Assembly (NCBI RefSeq): GCF_004010195.1
Contig: NC_057756.1
Span: 2,202,020-2,265,807 of the forward strand
Reading direction: 5' to 3'
From: Chiloscyllium plagiosum
Taxonomy: Eukaryota
DNA length: 63,788 nt
Numbering within the stretch: the first letter of the stretch is position 1; every line of letters starts with the position of its first letter. The position numbers and the translations under genes were made by a program. The notes below the pieces were generated by a model. It was not told where the DNA came from and did no database searches. It saw nothing but the letters and a program-made list of their open reading frames with translations. Positions 51,860-62,385 of this stretch are shown piece after piece.

Positions 51860-52236
51860 TCAAAGTTTGTGAGAAGATTTGTAGCTCGGGTGCTCGTTGT
51901 TGTGGTTCTGTTCGCCGAGCTTGGAATTTGTGTTGCAGACCTTTCGTACCCTGTCTAGCTGACATCATCAGTGCTTGGGAGCTTCCTGGGAAGCGCTTCT
52001 GTGATCTTTCCTCCGCCATTTGTAGTGGTTTGAATCTGCCGCTTCCGGTTGTCACTTCCAGCTATACTAGTGGACAGCTGGAACTGACAACCAGAAGCGG
52101 CAGATTCAAACCACTACAAATGCCGGAGGAAAGATCACAGAAGCGCTTCACAGGAGGCTCCCAAGCACTGATGATGTCACCTAGACAGGGGACGAAACGT
52201 CTGCAACACACAAATTCCCAGCTCAGCGAACAGAAC
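51860..52236. mobile_element. Fold-back PLE of a second family: ~160-bp arms, 12-nt loop, 13-bp TSD
   Basis: Arms ~51902-52063 and 52076-52239; TACATTCACTTCT (51847-51859) / TACATTCAATTCT (52237-52249). Confidence 0.93.
52160..52210 (+). ncRNA. Minimal hammerhead ribozyme motif
   Basis: CTGATGA-TGTCACC-TAGACA-GGGGAC-GAAAC-GTC. Confidence 0.75.
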
Positions 52237-54179
52237 TACATTCAATTCTCTGTGGAATCACAACACTATACAGATTCAGCAGAGTAAATTTTATTCTGAG
52301 TCCAATTGCACGAGAATGCAAACCTGAGGTTGAACCAGGACCCTCTCCGCGACAAGGAGCTCCTCAGATACAAAGACCATCTCTGAGACCACTCGCCATT
52401 CAGTAACTATGCAGCAATGCCATAATATATCAATACCAAGTTAATTCTCCTTGAACCAGTCCAACGTTTTTGCTCAAGTTCTATCACGAAAACAAATCAA
52501 GATATCTGCACCTACATACAGTTATCTGATTCACTTCATCCATTTTTGCTGTCTTAACACAGTGCTAATCCAAATTATTATGCCTGACCACAAGCTACAT
52601 CACTCGCTGGCCTGTTATTCCACTCACTGTGAATTGGTGAAAACAATTTACTTTCATGTATGGGTGTCTTCAAAATTTCCGAGGAAGGCAGGTGAACAAA
52701 CCATAATGAAGACAAGTGTGAAATAACGTGGCTCGTAACACGTCAATGGTACTTTTCCAGTACTTTGCTCGCAGCACCAAATTATTAGAGTAGAATGATG
52801 AATGATTCACGTGACACTGATGAGTTCACTTCCAGGATCAAAGAATTTATTGAAATTAGACTGATGGGAATAAACCATCTGAAAAACAAGAGAGGGCTTC
52901 CTCGAACAAAGGAAAACATAATTTTTTTACACACTTGTTTCCTTCCGACCTTTAATATTCACAAACCAATTGTATTGCTAAATTACATGGATTTCCAAAA
53001 AGAAAGACTCACATGGCTGAATGGTTAGAAATGCAAAGGCTTTTTGTCAACTCCATCCTCCGTGAGTCTCTTGATATTTACAAAACTCTTTTATTTCCCT
53101 TCTTTGGGCTGTTCACATTAGATACTGCATTCAAGTACTGCATTCCAAGACCTTTTCCAGGCACATTGTTTTAAAACATCACGCCATCTCCGTCTTTACC
53201 CTTGTGTGTACTACAATGTGTTCACTGAATCTACATTCCAATTCTTCCTACAAAGTTTACGAGGCTGCCTTTAATCATTGATACTGGTTTTCCCTCATTA
53301 TTTTGCTATCATCTTTTCTTCTCGTGCCTTTCGTGGTTTTTTGTAAAAAGGTGAATTCCCATCTTTTTCAAAACCTGTATCTATGATTGTTAATGTATCC
53401 GAACTAATACCCAATCTTAATATTGTAAAATTCAACAAAACGAAGTGAAGCAAGATTCATTAATTAAATATAATGTGATCTAACAGTAGCTGCATATTCA
53501 AGCTAAGTTTGGTTACCTTTGGTCGACAGAATCATTATAGTTCTACGTTTGAAGACTACATTTAGCAAGTAATTTACCAAGGTATTCAAATAGTGTAAGG
53601 CCTGATCTGCTGCTAATGCCATTGTCCATTTTATGCTGCTCATTCATGGGCAGACGCAACATGCTGAGTAATTGAATTGAATACATATAATAATTATTGA
53701 TTTATTTGCATCTCCTGAGAACAAAAATAAACAATTCATCAATATATCTGAAAATGAAATATACTCGGCTTTGCACTGAATGCGGTAGCTGTGCATTTGG
53801 TGACCTGTTCATTCATGGAACTGTAGTATATGGAGCAGATAGAATTATTCGTTATATTTTATATGGTATATGTGCATTTCATTAGCAATTTTGGAAACTA
53901 AAAAAAATTCAAAAATTATGTGCATGTTCATTTGCAATGATTTTCATTTAATAATTTGTAGAGAGAACAATCCAACGAAAAAATCAAGGTAAGCGCAGTA
54001 GATCGTTTTTGTTCCTAATCTAACTTGCTTCATTTTCAAAATTTCAGAAAGCATGAGCACTGATCCTGTATTTCTTATTTTCCTTAGTTTTCTTTATGCA
54101 TTGAAGTATGAACTATTTTCTTAAACCAAAAACTACGTTTATGTAAGGGTAGTGTCTTGCCTTTAAAATAAGTCAGTTC

Positions 54180-55172
54180 CGAGTTTTGGGAAGATTTATA
54201 GCTCAGGTTGAGGTTTGGCTGTAAGTTTGCTTGCTGAGCTGCTAGGTTAATTTCCAGACGTTTCATTACCCTTCTAGGTAACATCTTCAGTGTGCCTCAG
54301 GTGAAGAAATGCTGAGTCATAGAGTCGTAGAGATGTACAGCATGGAAACAGACCCTTCAGTCAAACGAGACCATGCCGACCAGATATCCCAATCCAATCT
54401 CGTCCCACCTACCAGCACCCTGCTCATATCCCTCCAAACCTTTCTTATTCATGTACCCACCCAAATGCCTCTTAAAAGTTGCAATTGCACAGCCTCCACC
54501 ACTTCATCTGGAAACTCATTCCATACACGTACGACCCTCTGTGTGAAAAAAAATGCCCCTTAGGTCTCTTTCAAATCTTTCCCCTGTCACCCTAAATCTA
54601 TGCCCTCTAGTTCTGGACTCCCCGACTCCAGGGAAAATATTTTGTCAATTTACCGTAACAGTGCCCCTCATAATTTTGTAACCCTCTATAACGTCACCCC
54701 TCAGCCTCCGACATTCCAGGGAAAACAGCCCCAACCTAATCAGCCTCTTCCTATAGCGCAGAACGTCCAACCCTGGCAACATCCGTGTAAATCTTTTCTG
54801 AACACTTTCAAGTTTCATAACATAAATTCTGATAGGAAGGTGACCACATTGCAAGCAATATTCCATCAGTGGTCTAACCAATGTCCTGTACAGCTGCAAA
54901 ATGACCTCCCAACTCCTGTACTCAAAACTCTGACCAATGAAAGAAAGCATACCAAACGCCTTCTTCACTATACTATGTACCTGCGACTCCATTTTCAAAG
55001 AAAAAAATAACCTGCCCTCCAAGGTCTCTTTGTTCAGCAACACTCCGTAGAACCTCATCCAAAAGCAGGATTTCTCAGCATTGCTTCACCTGCAGCCCAC
55101 TGAAGATGTCACCCAGTACGGTAATGAAACGTCTGGAATAGAACCTTGCAGCTCCGTGAACAAACCTACATC
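54180..55172. mobile_element. Older fold-back PLE with arms (~54215-54316, ~55075-55172) separated by a CR1
   Basis: Arms are reverse complements; hammerhead core CTGAAGATGTCACC..GAAACGTC at 55100-55133. Confidence 0.85.
54316..55055 (-). mobile_element. Young CR1 3' fragment
   Basis: ORF 54645-55058 parallels the end of the 7884-8750 ORF; GACTCTATGACTC tail. Confidence 0.96.
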
Positions 55173-55209
55173 CTAAGTAGGTTGCGTAGTGTTGTCCTCT
55201 GTCACCCTT

Positions 55210-55530
55210 GGAAGTGCTGAAATTTCAGCGAGCAGGGACTGTCTACGTCACAAGGGATATCAATAATGCGTGTTTATATATTTACCATTAAATGAATATT
55301 AATTAATTCCTGGTTGATCTGTGGATTTGACCAATTTCCCTTTGCAAAAGACTTCCTGCAAAACACAAAGTGATTGGCTTCCTGGGACCTGAGCATCTTG
55401 TGGGAATTAACACAAGGTTCAGAGGATCTGACACCTCTGAAAACGGTGCATTTCTGTCCTTGGTGAAAATCTTAGGCGTGAAGAAAGCCACATTTTTTTC
55501 CATAAGAAAACGTTGGAAGCTGTTGCTTTT
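55210..55530 (+). pseudogene. Decayed antigen-receptor-like IgV exon
   Basis: VLKFQ..VYVT, FTIK*(C), ISLCKRLPAK (~ISWYKRLPGK), GINTRFRGSDTSENGAFLSL, ENLRREEATFF. Confidence 0.55.
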
Positions 55531-55837
55531 TACCATGATACATAGACTGCATAATTTGTTTTCCAATCTAATTAATTCCTGGTTGATCTGTGGATTTGAC
55601 CAATTTCCCTTTGCAAAAGACTTCCTGCAAAACGCAAAGTGATTGGCTTCCTGGGACCTGAGCATCTTGTGGGAATTAACACAAGGTTCAGAGGGTCTGA
55701 CACCTCTGAAAACGGTGCATTTCTATCCTTGGTGAAAATCTTAGGCGTGAAGAAGCCACATTTTTTTCCATAAGAAAACGTTGGAAGCTGTTGCTTTTTA
55801 CCATGATACATAGACTGCATAATTTGTTTTCCAATCT
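55300..55837 (+). repeat. 269-bp tandem duplication, two near-identical copies
   Basis: 55300-55568 and 55569-55837. Confidence 0.97.
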
Positions 55838-58029
55838 TTCTGAACTTTATGCCAGGAAATAAGATGTGTTTGAGAGATTTGTTCGCCTTACTGTAAATTC
55901 TGGAAAAAAAAAATGATTTCAATGAATCTTGTGCATAGGGACCATTAAAATGTCTCTCTAATTTTTCTATTGATGACGTCTATAATGGGTTTTGCTTGTG
56001 TTGCAGCGTGGAGAGGGACATTGAAAGCATTTGAAATATTATCATTTGAAAAAAAAACTCAACAGTGCAATTGTTAATCGACAGTGACAATCCATTGAAA
56101 ATAAATAAGTAGTTCTTCGTAAAAGAGGGCAGAATAGTTGTAATTCGCTTTTGAAGAACCAGGCAAAGTAGAATTTAGTGAAATTTATAACATTTTAAGT
56201 TTGTGCACATTTTGGAAACTTTAGGACTTGATTACCTCAGTGAGATGCAAAACCTACGTTTTTTCTTTCCTATCATCGATGCGACCTACAAGCTTTGAGG
56301 TTTTGGTTCAATTCTACGAAATAAGGCAACGTGTAGTACATACATTGTTTCGTGAAACATTTAAGTTGTGACTGTTAAATACAACAAGTTCATAGATTAT
56401 TCTCGTATTCCTATATGCCTGCTCCATAACAGTAAAATAGTTAATGTTTCTGCTAATGATAAACTGACGACTTGATTCTGGAGGAATATGTTTCTTTTTA
56501 AAATTTCCATATTATGTAAACAATTTTGTTTTAGTCTTGTCTTTATGTTTCTGTCCATTTCAACTTCACTTACACTCTCCTGCTATTTTATTTGACCGAA
56601 TTATTTGTCAAATCTTTTGATGAGTGTTCAGAATTCTACAAATTTAAGCATGATTGTGTAAAAAGCATGTGACCACTTATGCACACATATCATTGCCTCG
56701 GGTTAGTATACATCTGTGGATGTCTCTCTGTCTTCTACTGACCAGAAACTGATATAAAAATCTGGGACGTGGACAAGTCACAATTTATTTGCAAGTTCTG
56801 TGGCCTCTGGAACGATTACGCTATCATAACAGGAATATCACTAATGGTAACATGCATTCTTTCCATTGTAAGCTGACACAAAGTACAGAAGATTCTGCAT
56901 AACATATCATGCTGAATCACAAGAAGTGACGCATTTTTCATTACATTCACCTTTCCTCCCATGCCATGGACCCATTGTTAAACTGAAGCAGCAAGCACAG
57001 GAGGGAAATGTGAAGCAGATGTTCTTTTCACATTTTTCTCCTCTATCAGTAAAAAGAATTCGATTTTCTGACATTGTAGCTTGTGAAAAATTATCTAATC
57101 ATCTTTCAGGTTTAAATATTTGCCAGCCAATGAAGTTGGAGAAGGCTACCTTCTAAAAGCCTATTCTTTATGTGGGAAATATCGAAGGGCCAATCAAGGA
57201 ACGGCCACATTTCGCAGCGGAATGCAAGTAATTAAATATGCATTTGTCACAAGTATCTATGTATGTCTTTCAGGCAATGCAAGATCTTTGCAGCTCGATA
57301 AGACTTCTCAGAGTAAACATTTATCAAAGGGAAATGTCCAATTAAAGTAAATGTATCATTAAAAATCGGCTTTTAAATCGTTTGAGAAAATGATCTTATT
57401 TATCTTATTTGGATCTTTGGGTACATCTGTCTTTCTGAATCAACACAGACAAAAGCCTCACGTCAAGCTAAAATGAGAAAAGAAATTCACCAATGCACAT
57501 CCAAACCGCACAGACGGTTCTGAACATCAATACAATCAAGAAAATATTCCCTGCTGAAACACGCATCACATGATGATTACAAAACTGTAAACTGTCTCAT
57601 AAAAATCAATATTATTATTTTCAGCAATCGATCTATTGTGGAAGTTGAACTACAAAAAGTGTGAGCAAAAAAAAAGGAAAAGTTTTCAATGCGTTTCCAA
57701 TTTGAAATCAAAGACACATCTCTGGCAATTTTATCAATTTGCATAAAGTTGTGGTACTGATTGTGTGTCTGAAATAAAAAAAGATAATTCCCACAATTTA
57801 TAACTTTTTTTTGCTGTTTCCAATGTTAATTAACTGTCTTGTAGACAGTTTAATCAACTGCAGTTATTTGCATTTCTTTCAAATTGACACAATCAGCTAT
57901 CGAAATTGTTGTTAGCGGCCGGTGAAATTGTTTCGAGATGATCAGTGAGTCTATTGCCAAGCCGTCCAAAATGTGCAATGAAAACATGGACCTGCGCCCA
58001 TCGTGATGAGGTTACTCCTTTAACAAGTT

Positions 58030-58313
58030 TAGATGATCCTTGATTTATTTTCAAGAGGTTATAAAAATGCAAGTTCTAAAAAGCCTGAGATTTGATAGGT
58101 TTGACGATAGCTAACAGATACTTCCTCAGGCTTCCTTTTAAGATTAAAAAAATAATGCTTGGACAATCAAAGAGGAGAGGCCAGACCTCCCGACTCAACT
58201 CTACTCTGCTTTGATTTGGTTTTGGCAGTCTGGTTGTTCGCTGAAAGTACTCAGACAGCTTGTGGCTGCTACTCCGAGAGACAAATACACGTAATCAGTA
58301 GGACCATACTCTG

Positions 58314-58362
<49 letters not shown>

Positions 58363-58687
58363 TCTCTCCCGTAAGACCCATTATTTGATATACCTTTTGT
58401 GGCATGGGGTGATTATGTGGATTGTTCCATTATGTTTTTAGCAGCAACATTTGTTCGGTATAATCTGTTGGATTTCCCGATAGGTTAAATTCCTCTCTAT
58501 TCTGGTCTGTTTACTTTTTTTTCATTTCGTAATCCTGTAAATAGACTCTGATTCATTTAAACCAAGTAGTTGACTAGTTCCATTCCAAATGGAATATATG
58601 AGTTAAACCTGCTTAAAACAAATGAATAGCTAGTGTCTTGCCTACTTCCTTAACATTTTCAGAAGGGGTCTGACCAGTTCCATAACA
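58030..58687 (+). mobile_element. Solo Gypsy LTR containing a (CT)n tract (58316-58358)
   Basis: Ends GGGGTCTGACCAGTTCCATAACA with no PBS after it. Confidence 0.8.
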
Positions 58688-59169
58688 CCATCTTGAATAA
58701 ATATTTGGTATTGTGATCTCAATAGTAGTGTAAATACGTTGATATTTCGCCAACATATTTTGATATGCATGGCGTGAAACTGTTGTATACTATTTCTTAG
58801 ATGATATCTCAAGACAACCTGTTCAATGCACTTTTTCAGGAATTTGGCACACTGACAGTACGTCAACTGCCATTCTGTAGATGTAAACTGTACTGGTTTT
58901 GTGAGTTATCCAGTGCCTATCAATCCGAAAAGAAAATTGATACTATAAGAGGCTTTGATTTTCAAAATATCTGCATGCATGTAATCATTTCTCGGAAGAC
59001 CTGATGAGAGGATGCTAAAATATTTTTTTTTGTCACAACACTCAGGCACGAGAAGATATATTGCACTATACTATAAAACCAATACAGTCCCAATATGCAA
59101 ATAAAACCATTGAACAGAAACAGTGACACAGAGGATCATAGCTTTTCTGATGTTATTTAGTTGAAAGAA

Positions 59170-59320
59170 TGTCACAGGAAGTCAGTACTGTCCTATTAAA
59201 TGATGCTCCAGTAGCATAAGATGGCTGCCTTCACGTAGGAGCGGCAAATGTGTTGCAAGGAACATGGACGAGTTGGATAAAATGATCTTTTTTCCGTGCT
59301 GTGTGACATTAAGACACTGA
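59170..59320 (+). mobile_element. CR1 3' UTR fragment
   Basis: CATGGACGAGTTGG..TTTCCGTGCTGT. Confidence 0.7.
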
Positions 59321-59959
59321 ATGAGGTACCAAGAGCTCTGGATAAGAGGGCAGCTCATTAGATTAGAGAAAAAAAAGTGATGTTCAGGATTGTTGGAAAA
59401 ATAATGTCACAGAAAATTCACTGTGGAAGATGGCGCCCTGATGAAAATATTTGTGTGGGGCAATACAGCAGAGTATACATATTTGGACTGCTTTCGCATT
59501 TGTTTATTGCAAACTTTAGGATTGTGAAAGTTTTGAGGGAAACGTGAGGAAATGAAAATGTGTTTATACTTACCATAAGGGAATGATGTCATTCCTAAAA
59601 TATGGACAAGATTAATGAATTCCATACTGTCAAAAACTTTAAGTTCCCTTCCTCTTGACCGCTTATTATCTGTTCTCAACTCTACAACAATATGATTTTC
59701 GAATAAAAGACTTAGTAAAATTACATTGACTTCATTTCAAAATCACACAGTCGCAGTCTTTTTCTCTTTTCCATTATCCAGGTGAGGAATGTCCTGGATA
59801 GTCTTCTTTCTTTTTACACAAGTATGTTTCATATAAATATGTACTTTTGATAGAGCATATTTCCTCGTTCTTGGAGAGCAAGATGTTAGCTCTCCCTGTG
59901 ATTCTGTGTCGATAGCAGTATCTCTCTCTCTCTCTCTATCTATCTTAGATTTTCAAAAT

Positions 59960-62385
59960 GTTCACCTGTTTATAGCTTCAACACCGGATAATGTAATTCG
60001 TTGCCTATTGAAAAAGCAATAAATCCAAACTCTATTATGTTTCAGTTTCCTGAGACACATATTAAACTGATTGGTTAAATTCTGAAGATCACGACTTCAT
60101 TCAGATAAACTGCACAATTTGTTAATCCTGCCACAACTCTATTCAAATGTCTTTGGAATGTGGCTGGTGCTGTCTTCATTCCAATGGGCATCACTTTGAA
60201 TTAATATAGTTCATTTTAGGTTAGAAACGCAGACACATCATTTGCTTTCTCTGATAACGTTTACTGCTAATAACCACACAGGGAGTCCAACGTTGTAATG
60301 TAAGTGGCTTGCTAACTTTCCATAAAAAGTCATTCAATCTTGGGATTGGGTGTAATTTAGATATTGTTACTGCTTTGACCTGCCTATAGTGCACACAAAA
60401 CAACGATTCTCGCCAATTTGGGAACTTACACTATTGGTGAATTCCAAATATTCTGACTCAGTTCGGTGAAGTCTTTGTTGAGAAACGCATTCACATTCTT
60501 CTGGACTTGTGTGGCTTTGAAAGGTTTAAGCATGTAGTGGCAATGTTTTGTTGGAAGCGCATTCCCTTCTTCCACATCATAAACAATAGTGTTAGCTCAA
60601 CGCATCATATTCCTGCATATGTCTTCATACTGCCATAAGAAACTTATCAACTCAATTGTTTTCTTTGAGACATATAACTCACTGATGTATCACACCTCTC
60701 AAGAACGTCCTCATTATTTAAATTATTTTGAGGTGCATCAATCTTCACAATATCTGGATTTGATTCCTCACTGTGTGGCGCAGAATCTAACATCTGTTTC
60801 TCCAGTTCCCTGTCTCTATTTTAGTAAGGTATCGACATATTCATATGACATACAACTCTTTCTTTTGCCTTCTGGCATCTTTATCAGATAGTTTATCCGA
60901 CTTTTGTTTCCGTAATTTGATAGTGACCACTAAACCTGGCTTTGAAGGCATCTCTTGCCACTGATAACAATGCTAATGCTTCATCCCTACGGGAAAACAT
61001 CCGAATTTGAGAGTTTCTTTGTGTTACATACACTTTCTATGCTGACCCCTTTACAGATGCAGTTTAGCTAATTCCCTTACCCGATTTAATCTCTTTCTCA
61101 TCTAAGATACATAATTCAAGATCACTGAATTCGGCCCTGTAAGTATTTCTTTAATTTATTTCAAAAGCCCTCTAACTTCATTGCAGAATAGTCTCTAAAA
61201 GGGCGTCAAATGAATAGGTTCATTTGGGGAGAGTACAATATCAAACTAATCGTGTAGAATACCTTAGTCCCAATCATTTAGGTCATCCTGACGGTACTGT
61301 CTTAACATGGTCTTTCGGCTCTGATGCAACCTTTCCAAAGATGCCTGCGATTCCGGATGATACACACTTGATTTAAAGTGGTACATGTCTCAGCTATGCA
61401 TGACTTCCTTAAGAGCCTACAAGTAAAATTACACACTTAGATCTGAATAAATCTCTCTGGGTAGCCTGCACCACGTAACAAAAGCTACCAACTACAACAG
61501 CACCTTTTTTACTTAGAATTCTGTCATGAAATTTCCTCCAGAAATATGACAGAGACGTGGATTATAGTTAGCAAGTACTGTTCCCCAATTTTAGTTTTCG
61601 GAAGGGGAACTTCAATATCAATCAGAACCCGCGTGGAATGTTTTTTTTTCAAATGTAGGGATCAGCAATAAAGACGCTGGCTTAATTGTAGCCTGTGGCG
61701 AAATTAAATTTGGCACATATGACATGAAATGTTATCACATCTTTGTGCAGTGCAGGCCAAACTGTTTCTTTTTTTATTTTAGCTTGAGTTTTTCTCATAT
61801 CGACATGATCTCCTGCTGGTAATTCTTATGCTAGGTATAATGCTTCCTTTCTGCATGCCATTGGCAACACAACCTGGTGCACTTCCGACCGTGTCTAGTC
61901 TGCACTAATTGCTGTTATCACTGTTTTCGTCGTAGCATTCTAATTCAGGTAATAACCTTCAGTCACACATTCTAATTTTCTTTCTTAGCATCCTCCAACA
62001 TATATCTATGCATGTATATGTACGTGGATTCGACCTTTCAGAGTAAACCCTCGACCAGTTCTGGTTTTTCCTGCACAATTACATCAGACAGGTTGTAAGC
62101 GAACTGAATATCAACTCTTTCATCATTCTCTTCAGCTTTTGCTCCTTTCTGTGACTTATAACTGGGATTATGTGACTACGCAGTCTGGAAACCTTGCAGT
62201 TTTTTTTTCTTTTAGCTAATCTGTCCCCTGGTCTTCCTTTGTCTTCTACACACAAATGGGCGTCACTCCCACCTTGCATCCTTCAAAATAGTTGTCTAGA
62301 ATAGACTGCATTCCTGGAAATGACACTTTCCTAATCGCTCCATTTGTTACTTCTCCAATCTTGATTTGGCTATCCAAAATACTCT
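59960..62385 (-). mobile_element. Gmr1-like Gypsy pol fragment (protease, integrase, RT)
   Basis: ORF 60221-60403 FCVHYRQVKAVT..HPIPRLND; integrase-like VYHPESQA at ~61345-61370. Confidence 0.85.

Larger units (their letters stand above)
49850..54090 (+). pseudogene. Decayed V-C-TM IgSF gene: leader (to 49923), V ~51680-52450 split by a PLE, C 52563-~52866, TM-like ~53720-53866, 27-nt exon 53962-53988
   Basis: Leader ..QCLFVVCTARSRLMLYPT|GTGAGC phase 1; V: LVGS*VGTFPRC..FMVWY / RFSRVNF / NANLRLNQDPLRDKELLRY(C); C: CAG|..SLACYS..HVW..VNGTFPV..FT*(C)H..SSLP; TAG|27 nt|GTAAGC. Confidence 0.6.

Noticed and set aside
55525..55570. RSS after the V-like segment
   Set aside because: No acceptable CACAGTG heptamer or ACAAAAACC nonamer
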